The notes under the pieces are model-generated. The model was not told the origin of the DNA. It made no database searches and saw nothing but the letters and a program-made list of their open reading frames with translations. Source: Candidatus Arthromitus sp. SFB-rat-Yit (GTDB lineage Bacteria; Bacillota; Clostridia; Clostridiales; Clostridiaceae). Taken from it: a DNA stretch of 32,000 bases. Positions within the stretch are counted from its first letter, which is position 1, and each line of letters begins with the position of its first letter. The position numbers and the translations under genes were made by a program. Shown piece by piece: positions 19,635-30,326 of this stretch. The stretch is from positions 1,260,001 to 1,292,000 of the forward strand of contig NC_016012.1 of assembly GCF_000283555.1 (NCBI RefSeq), written 5' to 3'.

Positions 19635-19753
19635 AATTACCTTATCCCCTCCTATAATCTTAATTATACGAACAATTTAAAATATTTAAAGAGCATTTTT
19701 TTGTAAAATATTAAAAAATATTATGAGCATATGTAAAATTAATTTTGCTTTTA

Positions 19754-19783
19754 TTGACTAAATCAAATTATATATGATAGAAT
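19754..19783 (+). promoter_or_regulatory. Putative housekeeping promoter for rpmE
   Basis: TTGACT (19754-19759), 18-nt spacer, TAGAAT (19778-19783), about 38 nt before the rpmE ATG. Confidence 0.55.
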
Positions 19784-19821
19784 ATATCTAGGTATATAAT
19801 GTAACGAAAGAGGTATATGTA

Positions 19822-20037
19822 ATGAAACAAGATATTCACCCAAATTACAATAGTAATGCTGTTGTTAAATGTGCTTGTGGTAATACATTTACAACAGGAT
19901 CTGTAAAAAATGAGTTGAAAGTTGAAATATGTTCTAATTGTCATCCTTTCTTCACTGGAAAAAATAAAATTGTTGACATCGGTGGAAGAGTTGAGAAATT
20001 TAGAAAGAAATTCAATATCAAATCTGAAGATAATTAA
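19822..20037 (+). CDS. rpmE: 50S ribosomal protein L31
   Basis: [64 protein letters not shown], zinc-binding form. Confidence 0.98.
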   Translation: MKQDIHPNYNSNAVVKCACGNTFTTGSVKNELKVEICSNCHPFFTGKNKIVDIGGRVEKFRKKFNIKSEDN

Positions 20038-20044
20038 AAAATTG

Positions 20045-20084
20045 AATGACCCTTCTTAAATAAAATTAAGAAAGGTCATTTTTA
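20045..20084. terminator. Shared bidirectional terminator between rpmE and rho
   Basis: 15-bp stem with one mismatch: aatgacccttcttaa / ttaagaaaggtcatt, then TTTTATTTATT. Confidence 0.8.
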
Positions 20085-21485
20085 TTTATTATCATCCTTA
20101 TCAATTATAGATTTATAATACTCAATAAATTCTTTATTATTTTTAGTATTTTGAAATACCTTTATAAGACTTTCCATTATATTTTCAGAATTACCTTCTT
20201 TGTGCATTATCCTTCTTAAATAAAAGGATACCTCTTTTTCATCATTCGTAAACAACAAGTCCTCTTTCCGAGTTCCCGACTTATATATATCAATACTTGG
20301 AAATAATCTTCTCTCTTGTAATTTTCTATCTAAATGAACTTCCATATTTCCAGTTCCTTTAAATTCTTCAAATATCATATCATCCATTCTTGATCCCGTA
20401 TCAACAAGAGCTGTTGCAAGTATCGTAAGACTTCCACCTTGTTCAAAATTTCTTGCAGCTCCAAAAAACTTTTTAGGTATTCTCAATGATCCTGGGTCAA
20501 GTCCACCAGATAAAGTCCTACCTGTAGGTACAATTGTCAAATTGCAAGCTCTTGCAAGTCTAGTCAAACTATCCATTAAAATAAATACGTCCTTCCCATG
20601 CTCAACCATACGCTTAGCTCTTTCAAGTACCATTGTAGCAACTTTAACATGCTGACTTGGTTCCTCATCAAAGGTAGAATAAATAACTTCTCCTCCTCCA
20701 ATTGTCCTTTGCATATCAGTAACTTCCTCAGGTCTTTCATCTATAAGTAAAATTATTAATTTTATATCCTTATTATTTTTTAAAATATTTTGAGCTATCT
20801 TCTTTAATATACTTGTTTTACCTGCCTTAGGAGGTGCAACTATCATTCCTCGTTGCCCTTTACCTATAGGACATATTATATCCATTAATCTGGTTGATAA
20901 ATCACTTTTCTCTCCACTCTCAAGCTTTAATCTTTCATTTGGATAAATAGGTGTAAGTTCCTCAAAATTTTTCCTATTTAAAGCTTCATCTGGTAAAAAA
21001 CCGTTAATCCTCTCAACATATAAAAGAGCCCTATACTTCTCTCCATCCTTAGGTTCTCTAACTTTTCCTATTATATGATCCCCTGTTTTTAAATTAAATC
21101 TTCTTATTTGAGAAGGAGAAACATAAACATCCTCTGTGCTAGTTAAATAATTCTTTCCTCTTAAAAATCCAAAACTATTATTGTCATTTATTTCTAAAAC
21201 ACCATTGGCATTTTCAGAATTCAATATCATATCTTGAAACTTATCCGACTTATCCCGTACATTTTCATCAGAAACAATTGAATTTTGTTCACTTACTTTA
21301 TTCATTTTTAATTTTATTTTTTCAACTAAAATAACACCATCTTTTTCAACTATGGTTGGGGATAACTCAGAAATTTTATGAATAAGTTCATTTTTTTTTA
21401 ATTTAGAATAATTTTTAATATCAAGAGTCTTGGCAGATTTCCTAAGCTCCGATAAAGACATTTCTTCTAATTTTACAATATTCAT
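20082..21485 (-). CDS. rho: Transcription termination factor Rho
   Basis: [27 protein letters not shown]-terminal domain; [22 protein letters not shown]; [13 protein letters not shown]; DSLTRLARA. Confidence 0.96.
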   Translation of the reverse strand: MNIVKLEEMSLSELRKSAKTLDIKNYSKLKKNELIHKISELSPTIVEKDGVILVEKIKLKMNKVSEQNSIVSDENVRDKSDKFQDMILNSENANGVLEINDNNSFGFLRGKNYLTSTEDVYVSPSQIRRFNLKTGDHIIGKVREPKDGEKYRALLYVERINGFLPDEALNRKNFEELTPIYPNERLKLESGEKSDLSTRLMDIICPIGKGQRGMIVAPPKAGKTSILKKIAQNILKNNKDIKLIILLIDERPEEVTDMQRTIGGGEVIYSTFDEEPSQHVKVATMVLERAKRMVEHGKDVFILMDSLTRLARACNLTIVPTGRTLSGGLDPGSLRIPKKFFGAARNFEQGGSLTILATALVDTGSRMDDMIFEEFKGTGNMEVHLDRKLQERRLFPSIDIYKSGTRKEDLLFTNDEKEVSFYLRRIMHKEGNSENIMESLIKVFQNTKNNKEFIEYYKSIIDKDDNK

Positions 21486-21495
21486 ATATTAAAAT

Positions 21496-21524
21496 ATTTT
21501 ACAATAACAAATTTATTGTAAAAT
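21496..21524 (-). promoter_or_regulatory. Hairpin between rho Shine-Dalgarno and start codon
   Basis: Perfect 11-bp stem ATTTTACAATA-AATTTGT-TATTGTAAAAT (minus strand), abutting AGGAGG (21530-21525) and 10 nt before ATG (21485). Confidence 0.6.
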
Positions 21525-21651
21525 CCTCCTCTCAATTTAAAAAGTATGTCTTTTAAAAAAACAAGGTCATTTCATTAAGAAAATATTACAAAGCAAGGCT
21601 TTTATAAAATATAATATAAATTATACAATTGCCTTAGCTTTGTCAATAAAT

Positions 21652-23271
<1,620 letters not shown>

Positions 23272-23510
23272 CTAAAAACTACATTTAAATAAAATAATTT
23301 GTAACATGCATATAAATGTTTTATTTTAATTAAAATAACAACACTACAAAAATAAAATAATCCTATAATAATCCTAGTTTTATATTTTAATTAATTATAT
23401 TGAAACTTAAATAAAATATCTATATAATTAAGCATAAAAAAAGTATTTTTTTATGTAATATCAAATAAACGGTGCTTATAAATTCTATTTTTTCGAAGGA
23501 TATTGATAAA

Positions 23511-24632
23511 ATGAATATTTTAATTCTTACATCAAATACAGGAGGTGGCCACCTGAAGGCTACTGAAGCAATTTATGAACACATCAAACACAAAAACTTA
23601 GACTACAATATAAAAATAATAAACACACTAAATAATATTAATCCATCATTCAATAAGTTAATAACTTCATTTTATACTGAGTGTGTAAAAAAATGTCCAG
23701 ATTTATTTGGTAAAATATATTACTATAGTGAAGAAAATCACGTTTCTATAAATATTTTCAATCTAATTTTAAAAAATTTAGCAAAAAAACTACTACCAAT
23801 CATATTAGATTTCAAAGCTGATATAATAATTTCAACTCACCCATTCTCAACACAAATGGTATCATATCTAAAAAAACTTAAAAATATACCTAAGGTCAAA
23901 TTAATTAATTTATTAACTGACTATGCTCCTCATAAATTTTGGATATATGATAATGTAGATGCTTATATAACAGCAAGTGAACAAATGGTTGACGATATGA
24001 TACAAAGGGGGGTAAATAAAGATATAATTTATCCAATTGGAATACCAGTTAGCGTTGATTTTTTAAAACCCTATGATAAAAAAGAAGTTTTAAACAGTAT
24101 AGGTTTTGATGAAGATCGTTTCACTATATTGATTATGTCAGGTAGTATGGGAGTTGAATATGTAATTAAAATATTTAATCTTCTAATAACCATAAATAGA
24201 AAACTTCAAATAATTATCGTAACTGGATCTAATGAATATTTGTATAAAAAATTTAATACGATTATTTCAAATTATTCAGGAAATTTTATAGAGTTTCTTT
24301 TACTTGGTTTCACAAAAGAAGTTAGTAAATATATGAGTGTTTCTGATGTTATAATAACAAAACCTGGTGGACTCACACTTACAGAAGCTATTTTTTCAGA
24401 ACTTCCAATAGTGTTTTTTGATGCTATACCTGGACAAGAGGAAAAGAATGCTGATTTTATTATCAAAAATAATATAGGTATGAGAATAACAAAACGTCAA
24501 GAAAGTATTGATAAATTTGTTGAATTAATAGATAATCCTAAGATTCTGGATTTATTTAAAAATAATATCGAAAAAATTAAAAAAATAAATTTTATAGAAA
24601 ACTTAGTAGATATTATAAATAATCTGGGGTAA
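23511..24632 (+). CDS. MGDG synthase/UgtP-like glycosyltransferase (putative diacylglycerol glycosyltransferase)
   Basis: MNILILTSNTGGGHLKATEAIYEHI; ADIIISTHPFSTQMVSYLKK; DVIITKPGGLTLTEAIFSELPIVFFDAIPGQEEKNADFI. ATG at 23511 with AAGGA SD preferred over GTG at 23472. Confidence 0.85.
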   Translation: MNILILTSNTGGGHLKATEAIYEHIKHKNLDYNIKIINTLNNINPSFNKLITSFYTECVKKCPDLFGKIYYYSEENHVSINIFNLILKNLAKKLLPIILDFKADIIISTHPFSTQMVSYLKKLKNIPKVKLINLLTDYAPHKFWIYDNVDAYITASEQMVDDMIQRGVNKDIIYPIGIPVSVDFLKPYDKKEVLNSIGFDEDRFTILIMSGSMGVEYVIKIFNLLITINRKLQIIIVTGSNEYLYKKFNTIISNYSGNFIEFLLLGFTKEVSKYMSVSDVIITKPGGLTLTEAIFSELPIVFFDAIPGQEEKNADFIIKNNIGMRITKRQESIDKFVELIDNPKILDLFKNNIEKIKKINFIENLVDIINNLG

Positions 24633-24682
24633 TATTTTAAGCTATACTTACTAAAATAGGCATAGCTTAAAATATTTTTTTG
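24631..24682. terminator. Bidirectional terminator overlapping the stop codons of the glycosyltransferase and spoIIR
   Basis: Perfect 15-bp inverted repeat aatattttaagctat (24631-24645) / atagcttaaaatatt (24662-24676) then TTTTTT. Confidence 0.75.
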
Positions 24683-25326
24683 AAAAATTTTCGTACAACA
24701 TCAAATATTTTAAAACATACCTTAACTTCACTCTTATGTGTTATTATAGATTTATCATTTGAATTAAAAACTTCAAAATCCTTTTTATTATTTCTAATTA
24801 TAGATGGAATGGAATCTATATTTTTATCATCACTTTGTATAAATCCTATACTTGAAAATAATAAGCTCCAAAAATTTCTACCAAATGCCTGTCCTATGTT
24901 TAATATAAAATAATCATACTCCCCTTCAGGAATCACATATGTACCATATATTCTCTCTTTAAAATATTTTCTCCCAATATCTATAGTAACATCACTTAAA
25001 ACTCCATAATCATCAAGGATATCCAAGGCAATTTCTCTTATTTTATTTGAATTATCCAATAAATAATTAATGTTATCTATTTTATTTGATTTTAAATTCC
25101 CATCCTTTTCAAGATAAGACATAACTCTATCTTTAACATTATTTTTAACATATTGATCAAAATCCGAATCGCTATTTGCTATAAAATGAAATCTTATAAC
25201 ACTTTCACTCAATTTCTCATAATCAAGTTTTATATTTTCTTTTGTATTTCCATACACCTTGTCCACATTTAAAAAACTAAAACTCATAACAAATACTATA
25301 AAAAACAAAAATTTGATAAATTTCAT
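24667..25326 (-). CDS. spoIIR: Stage II sporulation protein R
   Basis: Signal peptide; SVIRFHFIANSDSDFDQYVKNNVKDRVMSYL; YGTYVIPEGEYDYFILNIGQAFGRNFW. Confidence 0.88.
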   Translation of the reverse strand: MKFIKFLFFIVFVMSFSFLNVDKVYGNTKENIKLDYEKLSESVIRFHFIANSDSDFDQYVKNNVKDRVMSYLEKDGNLKSNKIDNINYLLDNSNKIREIALDILDDYGVLSDVTIDIGRKYFKERIYGTYVIPEGEYDYFILNIGQAFGRNFWSLLFSSIGFIQSDDKNIDSIPSIIRNNKKDFEVFNSNDKSIITHKSEVKVCFKIFDVVRKFFKKIF

Positions 25327-25373
25327 AATTACACCTCAGGATAATTATTAACACTTATCAAATCTTTTAATCA

Positions 25374-26480
25374 CTAAAATGATATATTTTCAGTATTTGT
25401 TACATTATTTATTATATTTAAATTTATAATAACTTCCTCTACCCAATTAGCATTTTTACTAATATCATTCATCCAAATTTTTGGAGTAAATTTATAAATA
25501 TAGTTTTCTAAATTCAATATATCTACACCATTTTTATAAAACTTATTTAATAAACTCATACACTCCAACTTAATATTACTTTTTAAATCATCATTTAAAT
25601 TTGAAATAAATTCATCTGATAATGAATGCTTAACATTTAAACAATTTTTTATAGTTATATTAAAATTCAATTCTAAATCCATATTTTTATAGTTTATAAT
25701 CTTCATTCTCCTTTTTACATTCTTCGATTCATAATCTATGTACTTATCTCCAAATAAAATACTCGATACAATTTTATCGTTTTCCCCTCTTAACATGTTA
25801 ATTATTCTACTATTTTTTAAATCAAGTTCATCTATATAATTTTCATCATCTAAAACATAACTTCCATTTATACTCATAACACTTTTATCATCGTTTAATT
25901 TTAAAACAGGTATCAAAACATTTTTATTTTGAGAAAAATAATCGAGTATATTGCTTAATGTGGTAGATTTAATACCATTTTTTTTGCTATTATACTCAAT
26001 TAATTGACTAATAAATACTTGAGGATCTTCACCTGATTCCAATTTAAAATTTATAAAATCTTTTGAATCTCCATCCCCCACACACACATAAATTCTCCTA
26101 CTAATTTGTGGATTATGGGATAAATAATCCAATACTTCATGAAATAATTTTCTATCTTTAACCAATTTAGAAGATATAATAACCATCTTAACATGATCAA
26201 AATCAATACTTTTTTTAGTTTTACTTACAATATCATATATAGCATCATAAAATGTTTTACCAAATCCAGAAATACTCCCACCTTCTTTTATCTTTGAGGA
26301 TTCAGGAGAAAACTCCGATATGTCAGGATAAGATAAATACAAAGAATAATTCCCATCATCATTTATATCAATACCTATACTTGATACAAAAAGTCTTGTA
26401 TCAATACTCTGAGAATATGTACACGATTTCATAATAATACACATTAAACTACATATAAATAAACACAATATTTTTTTCAT
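25374..26480 (-). CDS. gerAC: Ger(x)C family germinant receptor lipoprotein
   Basis: SQSIDTRLFVSSIGIDINDDGNYSLYLSYPD; KTFYDAIYDI; DHVKMVIISSKLVKD; immediately after gerAB-like gene. Confidence 0.88.
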   Translation of the reverse strand: MKKILCLFICSLMCIIMKSCTYSQSIDTRLFVSSIGIDINDDGNYSLYLSYPDISEFSPESSKIKEGGSISGFGKTFYDAIYDIVSKTKKSIDFDHVKMVIISSKLVKDRKLFHEVLDYLSHNPQISRRIYVCVGDGDSKDFINFKLESGEDPQVFISQLIEYNSKKNGIKSTTLSNILDYFSQNKNVLIPVLKLNDDKSVMSINGSYVLDDENYIDELDLKNSRIINMLRGENDKIVSSILFGDKYIDYESKNVKRRMKIINYKNMDLELNFNITIKNCLNVKHSLSDEFISNLNDDLKSNIKLECMSLLNKFYKNGVDILNLENYIYKFTPKIWMNDISKNANWVEEVIINLNIINNVTNTENISF

Positions 26481-27595
26481 TTTATACCATCTCCTTTTAA
26501 CTTACTCCTCCTTATATAAGTTGCTATAAAAAGAATTATAGGTACAAAAAATACTAATATAAGAGATATCCCAAAACCCACTCCATTTATTATAAAATCA
26601 ATATCCCCAACTCCTTTTGGAATTAGAGTTAATATATATATGACAGGTATAAACATCGTTGATGATATTTTATGTTTGAGTAGCCCTAAGGATTTACTAT
26701 TTACATAACTAGCATAGAAATATAAGTTTATAAAATTAACTATAAAAAATACAATAGCTATGGTTATAACAATACCTTCAACTCTCTCAATAAATCCTCC
26801 GGGTACATCCACCGTAGTAAAAGCCATTATTATAGGCCAATTTGATTTTATAGTCTGATTTATATTAAGTATTCCAACACACACAAAGAATATCAATGAT
26901 AGAAACAAAAATGATAAAATCGTTGATTTATAACTAACATTCACTCCTCTATTTTTCTCAGGCCTGTGCTTAGGTAACATATAATAAAGCATACTAGTTC
27001 CAATAAAATAACTACTAAAAGTTAAAAATCCCTTGAAATATGTATATCCACTCTCTATTTTCATAGGAAGCATATTATCCAAATTTATATTTTTATAAAC
27101 TATAGTAAATATCACAAAACAACATATTAATAGAAAAACAAACATTATTTCATTAATACCAGTTAAAACTTTATCCCCAAATCTAACCACATAATAACAA
27201 ATTATAAGCGTTGCTCCTAACATATACTCACTACTTATTTCTGGAAATATATATACTTTTATAGAATCAATAAAGATTCTAAGCTGAATTGATATCAAAA
27301 ATATAATCCCTATACTAATTAAAAATAACATAACCCTTCCTATTAACTTTCCAAATAAGTTTTCCACAATAATATTCAGTTCATTATTATTATTTATCTT
27401 AACCGTATTATAAATCATATAAATAACACCTAAATAAATAATCCCATATATAATAGTTGGAAAAAATGCATTATTACCTAAAACCCTACCTATGCTCTTT
27501 GTATATGTAAAAACTCCAAATCCAACCAAACTTAGAAAAAGTGTTGAAAAAACCCCAAAACTACGTATAACATTGCGGTCTAAATTATTTTTCAT
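26477..27595 (-). CDS. gerAB: GerAB/spore germination permease family
   Basis: Multi-TM; SLVGFGVFTYTKSIGRVLGNNAFFPTIIYGIIYL...; overlaps gerAC start by 4 nt. Confidence 0.88.
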   Translation of the reverse strand: MKNNLDRNVIRSFGVFSTLFLSLVGFGVFTYTKSIGRVLGNNAFFPTIIYGIIYLGVIYMIYNTVKINNNNELNIIVENLFGKLIGRVMLFLISIGIIFLISIQLRIFIDSIKVYIFPEISSEYMLGATLIICYYVVRFGDKVLTGINEIMFVFLLICCFVIFTIVYKNINLDNMLPMKIESGYTYFKGFLTFSSYFIGTSMLYYMLPKHRPEKNRGVNVSYKSTILSFLFLSLIFFVCVGILNINQTIKSNWPIIMAFTTVDVPGGFIERVEGIVITIAIVFFIVNFINLYFYASYVNSKSLGLLKHKISSTMFIPVIYILTLIPKGVGDIDFIINGVGFGISLILVFFVPIILFIATYIRRSKLKGDGIK

Positions 27596-27607
27596 AACAT
27601 AACTCCT

Positions 27608-29068
27608 TTATCCCTGTCTCTTTTTATCTTGGGTATTCATATACTTAGGCCTATCCTTAAACAAATAAAGAGGATATTTTACAAATATATCTTTAAAATC
27701 TCTTTTCCTCATATTAACAATAGGGGATAAATAAGGAATACCAAAGCTTTCTATTCTCAATAAATATGTAAGGAAAATGAATGTTCCTAAAATTATTCCA
27801 TAAAATCCCAAAATACCCGATATTACTATATACATTATTCTAAATAATCTAACAGATAACATAACCTCATAATTCGGTGACATAAATCCGCTTATTATAG
27901 TTAATGCAACAACAACTATCATGACAGGACTAACAAGTCCCGCACTCACTGCCGCCTGACCTATCACGATTCCCCCAACAATACCAATAGTTGATCCTAT
28001 AGCTTTTGGTAATCTAACAATTGCTTCAAGTAAAAACGCCAAAAATACCTCCATTATAACCGCTTCAAAAATTGGAGGAAATGCAATACCTTGACGAGAA
28101 CTTGCTATAGAATATGCGAGTTTTGCAGGAATAATAGATGTGTGAAAGCTAGTCACTGAAATATACAATGATGGAAGCACTAAAGATATAATAAGAGCGA
28201 AAAATCTTATAACTCTTGAAAAAGTACTATAAATCCATCTAAGATTATAGTCATCTGGAGTTTGAAACAAATTAGAAAAAGTTGATGGTGTTACGAGAAC
28301 AAAAGGAGAATTATCAACTATAATACAAACCTTACCTTCATAAATAGCTGATGATACAACCTCTGGTCTTTCTGTTGCTTGCACCTGTGGAAATATAGAC
28401 CACTTATCTTCTTCAATTAATTGCTCAATATATCCGCTATCTAATATTGCATCTATATTTATATCTTCTAATTTCTTTTTAACTCTCCTTAAAATATCTT
28501 CATTTACAATATCATCCATATAAACGATAGCTATATCAGTTTTAGATCTGACCCCTATCTTAGTTGTTTCTATTTTAAGTCTTGTATCTCTAATCCTTCT
28601 TCTTATAAGAGATGTATTCATTCTCGCGTTTTCTGTAAAACCATCCCTAGATCCGCGTATAACAGATTCACCAGATGGTTCACCAACTCCACGACTTGGA
28701 GAGGTTCTTGTTGCAATGATATAACATTCGCATTTTCCATCTATAAAAAGTAATGTTTCACCACATAACAAATCAATAATCGAATCTTTTAGATTAATAG
28801 ATTTTTTAATATCAGAAACAGTTAATAGGTCAAATAATTGTTTTTCGTTAAGATCAACCAATTTGTTATTATCTAAAAGCGTTTCCATAACAAAATTATT
28901 TATTAAGTTTTTATCTGATATCCCATCTATAAATACAAGTAAACACTTCTTATTCGATATTCTAAATTCTCTAAACACAATATCTGAATTATCTTTAAGC
29001 AATGTTTTCAAATAACTATTTATTTCGTTTACACTAAATGGAATTACTTCTTTAATTTTTTCTTCCAT
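27608..29068 (-). CDS. gerAA: GerAA family spore germination protein
   Basis: TSPSRGVGEPSGESVIRGSRDGFTENARMNTSLIRRRIRD; RPEVVSSAIYEGKVCIIVDNSPFVLVTPSTF; multi-TM C-terminus. Confidence 0.96.
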   Translation of the reverse strand: MEEKIKEVIPFSVNEINSYLKTLLKDNSDIVFREFRISNKKCLLVFIDGISDKNLINNFVMETLLDNNKLVDLNEKQLFDLLTVSDIKKSINLKDSIIDLLCGETLLFIDGKCECYIIATRTSPSRGVGEPSGESVIRGSRDGFTENARMNTSLIRRRIRDTRLKIETTKIGVRSKTDIAIVYMDDIVNEDILRRVKKKLEDINIDAILDSGYIEQLIEEDKWSIFPQVQATERPEVVSSAIYEGKVCIIVDNSPFVLVTPSTFSNLFQTPDDYNLRWIYSTFSRVIRFFALIISLVLPSLYISVTSFHTSIIPAKLAYSIASSRQGIAFPPIFEAVIMEVFLAFLLEAIVRLPKAIGSTIGIVGGIVIGQAAVSAGLVSPVMIVVVALTIISGFMSPNYEVMLSVRLFRIMYIVISGILGFYGIILGTFIFLTYLLRIESFGIPYLSPIVNMRKRDFKDIFVKYPLYLFKDRPKYMNTQDKKRQG

Positions 29069-29078
29069 ATATACCTCC

Positions 29079-29267
29079 CTATTTAAAAATATTAATCATA
29101 AAAATGCATAAGCTTCCAAAAGAATAAACCCAAATCAAAATTTTACATATAAATCTATCATTTTTTCTTTCCCGTGAATCTCTTAATTCAACAAAAAATA
29201 ATATTCCAATAACAATTACCATTAACCAATAAAAATTTTTATTAAGATCATTAATTAAAGTCATCAT
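29079..29267 (-). CDS. Small two-TM protein, first gene of the ger operon; candidate D-subunit-like protein
   Basis: MMTLINDLNKNFYWLMVIVIGILFFVELRDSRERKNDRFICKILIWVYSFGSLCIFMINIFK; GGAAGG SD; 10 nt upstream of gerAA. Confidence 0.6.
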   Translation of the reverse strand: MMTLINDLNKNFYWLMVIVIGILFFVELRDSRERKNDRFICKILIWVYSFGSLCIFMINIFK

Positions 29268-29366
29268 ATTAATTCCTTCCAAACTAATTAATAATTTTAT
29301 TATTTACTATATTTTTGTAATTATGCACAAAAATAAGGTATGTAAATTAAACATCTACATACCTCT

Positions 29367-30227
29367 CTAATCATCAATGGTTTTTGTTAAAAAAACTTGA
29401 TCAAATTCTTTTTTAAATACATCATAAGAAGATTGAGCTAAATATAAGTTATCAAAAATTCCATAAACAGCCGATCCACTTCCAGTCATAGATGCATTTA
29501 TAGCACCACTATTTATTAATTTACACTTCAATTTTCGTATAACATCCATATTTTTCACATACGAATACTCTAATACATTTGAAATATTAGAACAAACATC
29601 ATAAAACTTATTATTATTAAAATAATCAATAATAATATTTTTATCTATATTATATTTTATATTATATAAATCAAAGTTATCGTAAACATCTTTAGTAGAA
29701 AACCCGAAATTAGGTTTTATAATCAAAATTATTTTATCTTTAAAAGAATTTAATTTTATTATCTTCTCCCCTATACCTTCACATAAAACACTTCCTCCCA
29801 AAATACAATAAGGAAAATCAGCACCCAACACAATACTTTCCCTACATAAAGTATCTACAGGAATATTTAGATCATATATAAAATTCAGGGCCTTTATTAT
29901 CTCAGCTCCATTACTTGTCCCTCCTCCAAGCCCTGCACAAATAGGTATATTTTTATGTATTTTAATATGTACTTTCCCATTCAATCTATATTTTCCCATA
30001 AACCATATACAAGCTTTATAACATAAATTCCTATGATCTATAGGTATTTGAGGATTATCACACTCAATTTCTATAGATACCCCCTGAAATTCTTTATCAA
30101 CTTTTAAATATATATCATCAAATAAATCAATCCTCTGAATTAACGTTTCAATATTATGGTATTCATCCTCTCTTTTACCTAAAATATTTAGGAAAATATT
30201 AATTTTGCCATAGCTCCTTAGTTTCAT
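29367..30227 (-). CDS. ispE: 4-diphosphocytidyl-2-C-methyl-D-erythritol kinase
   Basis: KLRSYGKINIFLNILGKREDEYHNIETLIQRIDLFD; HKNIPICAGLGGGTSNGA; INASMTGSGSAVYGIF. Confidence 0.95.
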   Translation of the reverse strand: MKLRSYGKINIFLNILGKREDEYHNIETLIQRIDLFDDIYLKVDKEFQGVSIEIECDNPQIPIDHRNLCYKACIWFMGKYRLNGKVHIKIHKNIPICAGLGGGTSNGAEIIKALNFIYDLNIPVDTLCRESIVLGADFPYCILGGSVLCEGIGEKIIKLNSFKDKIILIIKPNFGFSTKDVYDNFDLYNIKYNIDKNIIIDYFNNNKFYDVCSNISNVLEYSYVKNMDVIRKLKCKLINSGAINASMTGSGSAVYGIFDNLYLAQSSYDVFKKEFDQVFLTKTIDD

Positions 30228-30284
30228 ATAACTCTCCTATTTATTATATAACTTATTAAATTATATAAAAAAGAATATTTAAAA

Positions 30285-30322
30285 TCAAAAAATAAATCAG
30301 GGATACATTTAATTCCCTGATT
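30285..30322 (-). terminator. Terminator after cphA
   Basis: Minus strand AATCAGGGA-ATTAAATGTA-TCCCTGATT then TATTTTTT. Confidence 0.8.
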
Positions 30323-30326
30323 GTTT

